DNA from: Mobula hypostoma
Taxonomy: Eukaryota
Length of the DNA: 64,000 nt
Assembly: GCF_963921235.1 (NCBI RefSeq)
Contig: NC_086108.1
Span: 116,004,001 to 116,068,000, forward strand
Direction of reading: 5' to 3'
A program made the position numbers and the translations under genes. This document shows positions 50,668-62,830 of this stretch, in pieces (position 1 is the stretch's first letter; every line of letters starts with the position of its first letter). A model generated the notes under the pieces. It did not search any database, was not told where the DNA came from, and saw only the letters and a program-made list of their open reading frames with translations.

Positions 50668-51318
50668 GAGGGCCCTCTGAAATGATATCATATTTGTTAA
50701 GTAGGTACCGTGCACAATCCTGATTTGATGGAGACAGACGTGAGAAGCACGGAGGAACATCTGGAGAAACTTCTGGAATGCCTGCTTCGCTGCCACTGCT
50801 ACTGTGCGATCGAGAATCTCCGGAGGGGAAGGCCCCAAATCCTTGTCTTTGCCTATTGCTTTTTGCTGGGGCCAGGGTCGAACCACTTGGCAGAGATGGT
50901 GCTCGGTGCTCGGTGTTGGAGAGCTGGACGGAGGTTCGAAGTTTTCCGACGGACTCAAGAGTCGGCTGTGGTCGGGTGCTTCCAGGGTGCTGCATCGGCA
51001 AGTTTGCGGCCCTGGAGGTTCATTGCAGGGAGAGTTTTTCTTCCTTCTACCGTCTGCGTGAGATGATGGGACTTTCAAGAGACTTTGAGACTTTTTTTTA
51101 CCGTACCCACGGTCTGTTCTTCATCAAATTATGGTATTGCTTTGCACTGTTGTAATTATATATTAAAATTATGTGTTTTTTGTCAGTTTTTTTAGTCTTG
51201 ATTTGTCTTGTGTTTCCGTGATATCATACTGGAGGAACATTGTATAATTTCTTAATGTATGCATTACTAAATGGCAATAAAAGAGGACTGCGTGTCCTCA
51301 TAACCTAATCTAATCTAA
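50668..51318 (+). mobile_element. Non-coding retroposon / LINE 3' UTR with (AATCT)n tail inserted in the PLE
   Basis: PLE sequence GAGGGCAGTATCA|ATGGTGGAGG is split by it; AATAAA then AACCTAATCTAATCTAATC tail. Confidence 0.6.
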
Positions 51319-51466
51319 TCAATGGTGGAGGAAAGGAAACCCCATTCTTTGAAGAAGGAGGACATCTCTCACCCTGGAAACAGATGCAGCAGAGGCAAAG
51401 AGATTGAAAAAAGGGAATGGCATTTTTACAGAAGACAGGGTGGGAAAACGTATAGTCAAGATAGCT

Positions 51467-51574
51467 ACATACATCAAAGTTGCTGGTGAACACAGCAGGC
51501 CAAGCAGCATCTATAGGAAGAGGTGTAGTCGACGTTTCAGGCCGAGACCCTTCGTCAGGACTAACTGAAGGAAG
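51467..51574 (-). mobile_element. 108-bp Penelope terminal mini-insertion with 13-bp TSD AGTCAAGATAGCT
   Basis: Direct repeat at 51454-51466 and 51575-51587; insert is the reverse complement of the PLE end at ~44445-44550. Confidence 0.88.
51527..51562 (-). ncRNA. Minimal hammerhead ribozyme, intact core
   Basis: Minus strand AGTC-CTGACGA-AGGGTCTCGGCCT-GAAAC-GTC-GACT. Confidence 0.8.
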
Positions 51575-52735
51575 AGTCAAGATAGCTGTAGGAATCGATA
51601 GGTTTATAAAGATGTTGGTCGATAGTTTATCTCCAGAGACAGAAACAAAGAGATCGGGGCGGGGGGGGTGGGGGCGGTGTCAGAAATGGATCAAGTGATT
51701 TTAAGGACAGGGTGAAAGTTAGAGGCAAAATTAATGAAATTGATGAGCTCAGCATGGGTGCATGAAGCAACACCAATGCAGTTGTCAATGTAGCGCAGGA
51801 AGAGTTGAGGAGCATTACTGGAGAAGGCCTTGAACATGGCCTGTTCTACACAGCCAGTGAAAAAGCAGGCATAGCTAAGGCCCATGAGAGTTCCCATGGA
51901 TACCCCTGAAGTCTGGGGAAAGAGGGAGGAGCCAAAGGAAAAATTGTTGAGAGTGAGGACCAGTTCTGCCAGATGGAGGAGGGTGGTAGTGGACGTGAAC
52001 TGGTTGATTCTTCTATTGAGAAAGAAGTGGAGAGCTTTCAGACCTTCTTGATGGGATAGAAGTGTATATGTTGAAAATGAGGTGGTCAGAGCCATGGAAT
52101 TAAAAGTTATTGAGGAGTTTGGAAGCACGAGAAGTATGGGAGCATGGAATGTAGGTGGGAAGGGGCTGTACGAAGGGGGAGAGAACAAATTATGAGGACA
52201 CAAGTTCAGTGGAGCAGGAGCAGGCAGAGGTAATGGGCCAGTCAGGTTTGTGAATCTTGGGTAGGAGGTAGAAGCGAGCAGTGTGGGGTAAGGGAATTAT
52301 GAGTTTGGTAGCAGTAGGTGGGAGCTCTCCAGAGTTGATTAGGACAGTTTTCTGATGTTCCAGAATGGGGTCCTCTTCAAGGAGTGGATATGAGGAGGTG
52401 TCTGAGAGTTGCTGCCTGACCTCAGCAAGGTAGAAATCAGCCTGCCACACTACAACAGGACCCCTTAATTTGTGGGTTTGATGATAAGATTGGGATTGGT
52501 GTGGAAAAAGTGGAGGGCAGTGTGTTCAGAGGGGGTGAGGTCCGAGGAGGAGTGAGGAGTGCTGAGGTTGAGCTGGTTGATGTCTCATCAGCAATTAGAG
52601 ATGGAAAGATCCCGTGCAGGCAGAGAAATTTGGCAGGGTATCCAAGAAGAGGAAGAGGGTTGGAAATGTGAGAAGGGATCATTAGTGAAGGGTGGAAGAA
52701 TCTAACTTTCTATCTATCTGTACAATATATCTATG

Positions 52736-53251
52736 CAATACTGTGCAAAAGTCCTAGGCACATATATACAGCTAGAACACCGAAGACTTTTGCACTGTAC
52801 TGTATTTGTCAATGTGGAGCAGAGAGCGAGTTTGTAAATCTGGCAGGAGCAAAGGATGTTGGGAATGGCAAGGGTGGATGGGTTTGGGACACATGGCAGA
52901 GTAAGAGTGCTGGGGGAGGGGGAGGGATGGTGTGGGTGCAGACAAACCCAATCTGAGGCACCAGGCAGCGTCATTTGATTTCAAACAATTACTTTATTGA
53001 TCATTACAGAATGTCTCTCTGGTGCTGCCCATTCCCTCCCATCTTCCTTCCCCTTTTCCCAGCCATGATTCCCCTCTCCCTGCTCCTTTCTCACACTCAG
53101 TCCTCAACAGAGACCCATGTCAGAATCAGGTTTATTACCAGTCACATATCTCATGAGATATGGTTTCTTTGTGACTGCAGAATGGTGCAATACATAAAAT
53201 TACTACAGTGCCTAGTTCTATGTATGTGCCTAAGACTTTAGCACAGTACGG
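52736..53251 (-). mobile_element. Composite non-autonomous element bounded by mini Tc1/mariner-type hairpin modules
   Basis: CAATACTGTGCAAAAGTCCTAGGCAC ... GTGCCTAAGACTTTAGCACAGTACGG-TA termini; body homologous (inverted) to 63260-63625. Confidence 0.7.
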
Positions 53252-53276
53252 TATCTACATATATCTATGTATCAAT

Positions 53277-53404
53277 ATAGATAGATAGATAGATGGACAG
53301 ACAGACAGATAGATAGATAATTAGACAGATAGATAGATAGATAGATAGATGGACAGACAGACAGACAGACAGATAGATAGATAATTAGACAGATAGATAG
53401 ACAG

Positions 53405-53435
<31 letters not shown>

Positions 53436-53451
53436 GACAGATAGATAGATA
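53277..53451. repeat. (GATA)n/(GACA)n compound microsatellite
   Basis: Direct inspection. Confidence 0.97.
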
Positions 53452-53669
53452 AGTAGTGTAAGATAGAACAAAAATTTTGAGATAGTGTTCTTGAGTTCAT
53501 GGACCTCTGAGAAGTCATATGGCTGTATGAAGCTAAGTCATTAAGTATACTTAAAGGGGAGGTGGGGCATTAACGGAAGTTAGAGAAGTCAATGTTCATG
53601 CCATCAGGTTGGAGGCTACCCAGACAGAATATAAGGTGTTGTTCCTCCAACTTGAGTGTGGTTTCATCG

Positions 53670-55052
53670 GGTAATTATAGACCAGTGAGCCTTACGTCTG
53701 TGGTGGGAAAGCTGTTGGAAAAGATTCTAAGAGATAGGATCTATAGACATTTAGAGAATCATGGTCTGATCAGGGACAGTCAGCATGGCTTTGTGAAGGG
53801 CAGATCGTGTCTAACAAGCCTGATAGAGTTCTTTGAGGAGGTGACCAGGCATATAGATCAGGGTAGTGCAGTGGATGTGATCTATATGGATTTTAGTAAG
53901 GCATTTGACAAGGTTCCACATGGTAGGCTTATTCAGAAAGTTAGAAGGCATGGGATCCAGGGAAGTTTGGCCAGGTGGATTCAGAATTGGCTTGCCTGCA
54001 GAAGACAGAGGGTGGTGGTGGAGGGAGTACATTCAGATTGGAGGATTGTGACTAGTGGTGTCCCACAAGGATCTGTTCTGGAACCTCTACTTTTTGTGAT
54101 TTTTATTAACGATCTGGATGTGGGTGTAGAAGGGTGAGTTGGCAAGTTTGCAGACGACACAAAGGTTGGTGGTGTTGTAGATAGTGTAGACGATTGTCAA
54201 AGATTGCAGAGAGACATTGATAGGATGCAGAAGTGGGCTGAGAAGTGGCAGATGGAGTTCAACCCGGAGAAGTGTGAGGTGGTACACTTTGGAAGGACAA
54301 ACTGCAATGCAGAGTACAAAGTAAATGGCAGGATACTTGGTAGTGTGGAGGAGCAGAGGGATCTCGGGGTACATGTCCACAGATCCCTGAAAGTTGCCCC
54401 ACAGGTGGATAAGGTAGTTAAGAAAGCTTATGGGGTGTTAGCTTTCATAAGTCGAGGGATAGAGTTTAAGAGTCGCGATGTAATGATGCAGCTGTATAAA
54501 ACTCTGGTTAGGCCACACTTGGAGTATTGTGTCCAGTTCTGGTCACCTCACTATAGGAAGGATGTGGAAGCATTGGAAAGGGTACAGAGGAGATTTACCA
54601 GGATGCTGCCTGGTTTAGAAAGTATGCATTATGATCAGAGATTAAGGGAGCTAGGGCTTTATTCTTTGGAGAGAAGGAGGATGAGAGGAGACATGATAGA
54701 GGTGTACAAGATAATAAGAGGAATAGATAGAGTGGATAGCCAGTGCCTCTTCCCCAGGGCACCACTGCTCAATACAAGAGGATATGGCTTTAAGGTAAGG
54801 GGTGGGAAGTTCAAGGGGGATATTCGAGGAAGGTTTTTACTCAGAGAGTGGTTGGTGCGTGGAATGCACTGCCTGAGTCAGTGGTGGAGGCAGATACACT
54901 AGTGAAGTTTAAGAGACTACCAGACAGGTATATGGAGGAATCTAAGGTGGGGACTTATATGGGAGGCAGGGTTTGAGGGTCGGCACAACATTGTGGGCTG
55001 AAGGGCCTGTACTGTGCTGTACTATTCTATGTTCTATGTTCTATGTTCTATG
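53670..55052 (+). mobile_element. Relatively young 5'-truncated CR1 LINE with (TTCTATG)4 tail
   Basis: [38 protein letters not shown]; a TGA at 54135-54137 interrupts the RT frame; tail 55025-55052. Confidence 0.93.
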
Positions 55053-55307
55053 TTTACAGCAGAGGAGGCCGTGGATAGACATATCAGACATGGAATGGAC
55101 GTGGAATTAAAATGTGTGGCCACTGGGAGATCCTGCTTTCTCTGGCGGACAGAGCGTAGATGTTCAATGAAATGGTCTCTCAGTCTGCGCCGGGTCTCAC
55201 CAATATATAGAAGGCCACATCAGGAACACTGGACGCAGTATATCGCCCCACCTGACTCACAGGTGAAATGTCGCCTCACCTGGAAGGACTGGCTGGGGCC
55301 TTGAATG

Positions 55308-56589
55308 TGTCATGGTCCGTGAAGTCCGTATTCCAGTTCACGGTCCAGTCCATCGACCCTTGTTCCAGGTTTTCCTACCTACCCTGTTTCTGTTCTTGTT
55401 GAGCTCTAATTGAGGCAGCTGATGCTCGTTGGGGCTGGCTGCATAAATACCTCCAGAGACCAGGGCGTGGCTGCTGGATTGTTCTTGTCCTTACTCCTTG
55501 TATCCCTTCCTCTGCCTTCTGTTTCCTCGCCTGAAGCCTTGCCTGGTCTTGCCAGTAACTCTCGCCTTGTCTCGCTTGCAGTCTTGTCCTGGAGCCACCC
55601 CATACCTAGCTCCCTTCCTGTCCCTTACCTCCGCCGGGAAGTCAGGCTGTCTTGCCATTACCCTGTGGTTGGTTCTGTCTCTTCCTGTCCCTTGCCTCCG
55701 TTGGGTAAGCCAGGCCATATTGCTGGTACCTACAGTTGGTTCTGTCCCTTCCTAACCCTTGCTTCAGTCGGGTAAGCTAGGCCATCTTGTCATTACCTGA
55801 GGTTGGTTCTGTCCCTTCCTGTCCCTTGCCTCCATCAGGTGGAGATCTGCACCCTGCCCAGGAGTACTGTGCCCTGCCCAGGAGGAGCTTCCAGTCTCCT
55901 GACTCCAGCCTCCTGCCTAGCCTCAAGCCTTAAGACTCCAGCCTCCTGCCTCCTGCCAAGCCTCGCCTCGTCTCTAGCCTCTAGCCTCAAGCCTGAAGAC
56001 CCCAGCCTCCTGCCTAGCCTCAAGCCTAAAGACTCCATCCTCCTGCCTCCTACCAAGCCTTGCCTCGAGTCTCTAGTCTCAAGCCTGAAGACTCCAGCCT
56101 CCTGCCTCCTGCCAAGTCTTGCCTCGAGTCTCTAGCCTCAAGCCTGAAGACTCCAGCCTCCTGCCAAGCCTTGCCTCGGGTCTCTAGCCTCTAGACTCAA
56201 GTCTCCTGCCTCCTACCAAGCCTCACCTCCAATCTCTAGTCTCTAGCCTCAAGTCTGAAGACTCCAGCCTCCTGCCCCTGCCAAGCCTCACCTCGAGTCT
56301 CTAGCCTCTAGCCTCAAGCCTTCAGACTCCAGCCTCGTCCTGCCTGCCAGCCAAGCATCGTCCTTGCCTAGTTCTGGAGTCCAAGCCAGAGGCAAGACCC
56401 AGGTACTGGGTCCTTGTCCAGTCTCTGGCTCGGAGTCCAAGCCCGGGCTCCTCTCTTGTCCAGTCCTGTTCCGGGTTCCTAGTTTTCATGTCCATGTCCT
56501 TGCCATCGCCCTGTATCCTAGTTCTGTCCCTAGTATTTCAGTGCCTGTGTCTTGCACTTGGGTCCGTTCCTAGCCACCTCCTTATGACA
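55308..56589 (+). mobile_element. Solo LTR (TGTCAT...ATGACA) with 5-bp TSD GAATG and internal tandem expansion (~55885-56340)
   Basis: GAATG at 55303-55307 and 56590-56594; CATAAATA at 55442; same family as 6321-7412. Confidence 0.87.
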
Positions 56590-57092
56590 GAATGGTGGTG
56601 AGGGAGGAAGTGTAAGGGCATGTGTAGCACTTGCTCCACTTACAAGGATAAGTGCCAGGAGGGAGATCGGTGGGGAGGGTTGGGGGAGACAAATGGGCAA
56701 GGGAGTCGCGTAGGGAGCGATCTCTGCGGAAAGCAGGGAGGGGGAGGGAAAGATGTGCTTAGTTGTGGGATCCTGTTGGAGGTGGCGGAAGTTACGGAGA
56801 ATAATATGTTGGACCCGGAGGCTGGTGGGGTGGTAGGTGAGGACAAGGGGAACCCTATTCCCAGTGGGGTGGCAGGAGGATGGGGTTAGAGCAGATGTGC
56901 GTGAAATGGGAGAGATGCATTTGAGAGCAGAGTTGATGGTGGAGGAAAGGAAGCCCCTTTCTTTAAAAAAGGAGGACATCTCCTTCATCCTGGAATGAAA
57001 AGCCTCATCCTGAGAGCAGATGCTGTGGAGTCGGAGGAATTACGAGAAGGGGATGGCATTTTTGCAAGAGACAGGGTGGGAAGAGGAATAGT

Positions 57093-58577
57093 CTAGATAC
57101 CTGTGAGATTCCGTAGGCTTATAGTAGACATCAGTAGATAAGCTGTCTCCAGAGATAGAGACAGAAAGATCCAGAAAGGGGAGGGAGGTGTCAGAAATGG
57201 ACCGGGTAATCTTGAGGGCAGGGTGAAAGTTGGAGGCAAAGTTAATGAAGTCAATGAGCTCAGCATGCGTGCAGGAAGCAGCGCCAATGCAGTCATCAAT
57301 GTAGCGAAGGAAAAATGGGGGACAGATACCAGAATAGGTACAAAGCCAACAAAAAGGCAGGCATAGCTAGGACCCATACGGGTGCCCATAGCTACAGCTT
57401 TAGTTTGGAGGAAGTGGGAGGAGCCAAAGGAGAAATTATTGAGAGTAAGGACTAATTCCGCTAGACAGAGCAGAGTGGTGGTAGAGAGGAGCTGGTTAGG
57501 TCTGGAATCCAAAAAGAAGCGGAGAGCTTTGAGACCATCCTGATGGGGGATGGAAGTATATAGGGACTGGACATCCATGGTGAAAATAAAGCAGTGGGGG
57601 CCAGGGAACTTAAAATCATCGAAAAAATTCAGAGCGTGAGAAGTGTCACGAACATAGGTAGGAAGGGATTGAACAAGGGGGGATAAAACAGTGTCGAGGT
57701 ATGCAGAAATGAGTTCAGTGGGGCAGGAGCAAGCTGAGACAATAGGTCTGCCAGGCCAGGCAGGTTTATGGATCTTGGGTAGGAAGTAGAAATGGGAAGT
57801 GCGAGGTGTGGGAACTATAAGGTTGGTAGCAGTGGATGGGAGATCGCCTGAGTGGATAAAGTTGGTGATGGTGTGGGAGACAATGGCCTGGTGCTCCTTA
57901 GTGGGGTCATGGTTGAGGGGTAAATAAGAGGAGGTATCCGCGAGTTTTCGCTGTGGCTCGGCAAGGTGGAGTTCAGCACGCCAGACGACAACAGCACCCC
58001 CCTTATTTGCGGGTTTAATAATAAGGTTAGGATTAGTGCAGAGGGAGTGGAGAGCAGAGCGTTCCGAAGGAGTGAGGTTGGAATGGGAACAAGGTGCGGT
58101 GAAGTCGAGACGGTTGATGTCCCGTCGGCAGTTAGCCATAAAGAGATCCAGAGCAGGCAGAAGACCAGTGCAAGGTGTCCATGAAGAGGAGGAGGGTTGA
58201 AGACTGGAGAAGGGGTCATCAGTGGGAGAGTCCTTGCCGAAGAAGTTGGCTCGGAGACGGAGCCGGCGGAAGAAGAGTTCTGCTTCATGGCAAACATGGA
58301 ACTCGCGGAGGTGTGGGCGAAGGGGGACAAAGGTGAAGCCCTTACTGAGGACAGAGCGTTCTGCCTCCGACAGTTGAAGGTCGGAGGGGATGGTAAAGAC
58401 CCGGCACAAATAAGAAGTGGGATCAGAGTGGGGAAGGAGGAGGCTGTGGGTGTCAATGGAGAGGGGAGGGTTGGGGTGAGAGGAAGAAGGAGCCTCCGAG
58501 GGCCCAGGAGTAGATGATGGAATGTGAGGAAGATGGGGTTGCTGAGTGGTGGTGGGGGAAGGAGAGACAGGAGTCAC
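57093..58577 (-). pseudogene. Penelope-like reverse transcriptase ORF remnant (494 aa, frameshifted before the catalytic DD)
   Basis: VLSKGFTFVP, KPANKGGAVV, FYFLPKIHK, GRPIVS, MDVQSLYTSIP, AMGTRMGPSYA. Confidence 0.88.
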
Positions 58578-59183
58578 AATAGCAGCACATAAAGACCCAG
58601 CCTGGAGTTCAAGGCTGGAGTCGCAGCTGGTGGTTGCACAATCACTTTGAAGGTTATGGGGAGAAGGCAGGAGAATGGGGTTGAGAGGGATAATAAATCA
58701 GCTGTGATGGAGTGAACTCAATGGAACAAATGGCCTAAATTTGCTCCCATGTCTTATGGTCTTCTGGGGTCATGAGTTCCTGGCCTGTTCAGAAATCTGA
58801 TGGTATTGGGGAAGAGGCTGTTACAAAATCATTGAGTGTGTGTCATTGAGTTCCTGTTGTACCTGCTCTTTGATGATAGCAGTGATGAGAGGGTATGTCC
58901 TAGGTCAGGAGACCAGACCCATCCACAATAATCCATGTGTTTCACCAGGGGTCTATATCACTATGACAGATATCTGTCATCTTGAGTTCATCCCATTTGC
59001 AATAAAGACTATGGCGCTGTTCGTTCGGTTTCTGATTGCTTGTTGTACCTGCACGTTAACTTTCAGTGATTTGTTTGCATGGAATCCCAGGATCTCTGAC
59101 TAACAACACCTTGTAATCGTTCTGTGCCAAGCAGAAATAGTGGATCATTCTTCGTCATTTCCAAGCAGTGAGTTCCGGAGCTC

Positions 59184-59186
<3 letters not shown>

Positions 59187-59251
<65 letters not shown>
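59187..59251. repeat. (CA)n microsatellite
   Basis: Direct inspection. Confidence 0.97.
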
Positions 59252-59252
<1 letters not shown>

Positions 59253-59589
59253 TGACGCCCTCCAAATATCTGCCGTCTGTTTTACTGCATCACTAATAAC
59301 TGACACTGAATTAAACATCTCACACTTTGCCGGCATTATCCGCCAGCACAGTGCAGGAATCACACACAGCAACACAGTCATGGAAAATTTATGAGGGAAA
59401 ATCACAGAAGGAGGCTGTTTGGCTCATTGCATCTGTGCTGGTTCAAAAAGATCTCTCTGACCTGTTACCCCCTCCAGCATCTGACCTTCCTCCTCAGGTA
59501 CATGCAGTGTGGTTTCTGCTCTTTCAGGTAGAGAGTCCAAACCCTGACAAGCCACTCAATGAAAACAAAACTTTCCCACAGTGATGCCG

Positions 59590-60040
59590 CTAATAGAGCT
59601 ATTACCACACAGCCCTACGGTCCTGGTTTCCATCTTCAGTGTTGTCTCCACGGAGTTTGACATGAGACCACATGAGTTTCACCTGGGTGCTTCAGGTTCT
59701 TCCCTCATTCCCAAAATGTACGGGTTGGTGAGTTAATTCTCTTCTTCTTCAGCCCACCACCAGCAACCCGCCAGAGTCCTCAGTCCTGGGCCGAAGGTTG
59801 ATCAGCCTCCCGGCTTCTACTCTCTTAACACCACTTCATTCATCTTCCAAGAGAAGATCCTTCCTCTCCCAGGAATGTGTCTTTGAAACTTCTGCTAGCA
59901 TTTCAGTACCTCTGGGTTTTTATGGGATGGGGTTACTAGCCCCAAGTCCAACCCTCTTTCTTTCACAGCTGGGTTTGGCGGAATTGAAGAGTTAATTGGT
60001 GGCTGCAAATTGTCCCCAGTGTGTGGTTGAGGGAGTTGAT
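59590..60040 (+). mobile_element. Degenerate V-SINE interrupted by a 250-bp minus-strand retroposon (59739-59988) with (GAA)n tail and 9-bp TSD GAGTTAATT
   Basis: GAGTTAATT at 59730-59738 and 59989-59997; V-SINE resumes GGTGGCTGCAAATTGTCCCCAGTGTG. Confidence 0.7.
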
Positions 60041-60189
60041 GGGAGTAGGACACATAACATAGACTTTAGAGCAGTAAATACGGGCCCTGCAGTCCACTAT
60101 GCTGTGCTGACCGCTCGAGCTACGCTAAATTCACCCTTCAGAGCCTCTATTCTTCTGTCATCCATGAGCCTATCCAAGTATGGTGGCTG

Positions 60190-60635
60190 ATTTATTAACC
60201 CTCTCAATTCCATTCTCCTGCCTTCCCCCCATAATCTTTTATGTCCTGACTGGTCAAGAACAGATCAACCGCTGATTTAAATATATCCAATAACTTGGCC
60301 TCCATGACTACCTGTGGCAATGAATTCCACAGATGCAGCACCCTCTGGCGAAAGAAATTCCTCCTCATCTCTGTTGCAAAGGGACATCCTTCTAATCTGA
60401 GGCTGTGCCTTCCTGTCCTCTCCGTATCCACTCTGTTGAGGGCTTTCAATATTCAATAGGTTTCAATAAGATCTCCCCTCAATTTTTAAACTCCACCAAG
60501 TACAGGCTCAGAGCCAACCAACATTTTTCATACGTTAACTTTTATTTCTGGGATCATTTCTGTGAGCCTGCTCTAGACCCTCTCCAATGCCTGTACATCT
60601 TTTCTTATATAAGGGGCCAAAATCTACTCAAAATT
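60190..60635 (-). mobile_element. CR1 3' fragment
   Basis: EMRRNFFRQRVLHLWNSLPQ on the minus strand. Confidence 0.85.
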
Positions 60636-61471
60636 TGAGAGTCACAAAACTGCAGGTACTGAAATCTGAAATGGAAACATAAAATGCTGGAAACGCTAAG
60701 CACAGAGGTGGATACAGTTCATGTTTCCAGTCTGGGACCTTCATCACAAGGAAAGAGAGCTGACTAAAAAGGGCATTCGTTTTCAGCAGGAGAACTGACT
60801 GGGAGGAATGGATACAACAAGTTTCTCCTGTGTACTATTTTAAGAATGTAATTGATGGGCTGAAGGGCCTTTTCCTGAGCAGTGCCTCTGTGACCTTAAC
60901 TACAATATCATCATTTCTGCCTGATTTCAAAGACAATTGCAAGATTCTTATTAAGAAATCTGTCCACATCCTCAGTTCACGCACACAGGTTCCATATTTC
61001 ATTTCCCCGAGGCCCATCTCTTACTCCTGCTCTTTATTTACTCATAATCCATCTCCAGACTCCCTTTGATTGTACAGAATATTTTCATGGCCTCTGCTCT
61101 TCCTTCTTTTCCCAATTCCTCTTTCAAATTCAGTCTGATCTGGTATTTGGTAGTTGCTCGTGTCTAACTGGTTTCCCTTGTTTCTCAATGTGCGGAGAGG
61201 GTTTTGATATCCTACCTACTGTTTTTCTGTGTGGGAACGTGCTTACCTGAAACCGTTCATTCTCCCTCAGGAATGCCCGCAGTTGTTTGAAGCTAATTCA
61301 CTTTGATAACAGAAAATGCTGCAAACAGTAATCACCAGGCAGCACCTGTGAGAGGAAAGACAAAGTTAACGTTTCAGGTTGAAAACCCCTTTTGAGAAGC
61401 ATCCACAGCTGCTAAAACACTTCCACAGTTTACAGTTTTAATCCTGAAAAACTGTCCCAGCTAACTAACTA

Positions 61472-61845
61472 ATAAGACCAGAAGACATGGGAACAGAATT
61501 GGGGCATTTGGATTATTGATTCTGCTTCCCCACTCCATCATGGCTGACTTGTTATCCCTCTCAACCCCACTGTCCTGCCTTCTCCCCATAACCTTTAACA
61601 CCCTCACTAATCAAGAACTTATCAACCTCCGCTTTAAATATACCCAATGACTCGGCCTCCGCAGACGACTAGAACAACAAATTTCACAGATTCACCACCT
61701 TCTAGCTGAAGAAATTCTTCCTCATCTCTCTTCTGAAGGGGTGTTCTTGTAATCTGAGGCTGTGCCCTCTGGTCCTAGACTCCCCCACTGTTGGAAACAT
61801 TCTCTTCAACTCCACTCCCTCCAGGCTTTTCAAGATTCAGTTGTT
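61472..61845 (-). mobile_element. CR1 3' fragment with UTR
   Basis: Reverse complement of a CR1 C-terminus/UTR, as at 60190-60450. Confidence 0.8.
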
Positions 61846-62139
61846 AACTGCTACAAAAATGCTGTTCCTTCTACACACCAAGCTTCATTCCCTGTACTAA
61901 ATCATATCTGCTTCACTTAAAAATATACTTTATTAATAATATACTTTATTGTTCCATTAATCCAATACCTCTTCGTGCATTCAGATATCCTCTTCAACAA
62001 TGCACCCATGAATGGTTTCAGCTGTTACACAGCTGAGTGAAGGGCAGCATCTTGAGCACCATTCATATACATCAAGATCTAGGGCTGCATAAAATCACAG
62101 TTAAATTGCTTCGGCCTGACCTGTTCCATGCTGACCAAA

Positions 62140-62830
62140 GAGCGTTCATGAGCAAAGGGGGTTGAGAGGTGACTTGGTTGAGGTGTACAAGATTATACGA
62201 GACAGAGATTGAGTGAACAGCCTGAGACTTTTCTCAAGGCAGAAAAGGCTAATTGTTCCCCCCCTCACCTTAAACCTGTGCCCTCCAGTTTCAGACTCCC
62301 CCTACCCTAGGGGAAAGGCTGTGACTATTCACCTTATCTATGCCCTTCAATATTTTATAAACTGTTAGGTCATCCTTCAGCCGTGTTCACTGAAAGGAAA
62401 GCAGTCAGTTAATGAAGTTGGTCTGTAACCCCTGGAGTTCAGTCGAATAAAGGTGACCTTATTGAAGCATCTCAGACCTTGAGGGCACATGGCAGGAGAG
62501 GTGTGGAGCTGCTGTCACCACAGTCTCGAACAGGGGGAGACAATTACAGGATTAAGGGGTGGACATTTGAAACTGAGGTGTGCAGGGAGTTCTCACAGAG
62601 GGAGCTGATTCGCTGGAATTCTTCACTGCAGAAGGTGTGGAGACGATCGCTGGGTGGGATGTGAAAGAGAAGGGAGAGAAATGACATCAGATCAAGTGAT
62701 TGAGAGTATTGGGGAAACTGACACAGAAGGGGAGATGAGGCCTGGGGCAGATTAGCCACGACCACATTGACTGGTGGGATAGTCTAGAGGGACCGAGTGG
62801 TCTCTGCCTCTCCTGTGTCTCTGTATTCTT
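62140..62830. mobile_element. Mosaic of old CR1 3' fragments in both orientations
   Basis: GDLVEVYKII-like and EFSQRELIRWNSSLQ motifs, CR1-like UTR ~62700-62830. Confidence 0.7.

Larger units (their letters stand above)
49700..52700 (-). mobile_element. Degenerate Penelope-like element with nested insertions
   Basis: FYLLPKIHKP, LTLNNFSF, RYIDNCIG, YCIQWSWCGFFYIGE on the minus strand. Confidence 0.85.
53560..58650 (-). mobile_element. Penelope-like (Neptune-like) element split by a CR1 and a solo LTR
   Basis: RT ORF 57093-58577; GIY-YIG pieces at 55058-55307 and 56595-56700; C-terminal piece 53560-53669. Confidence 0.9.
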
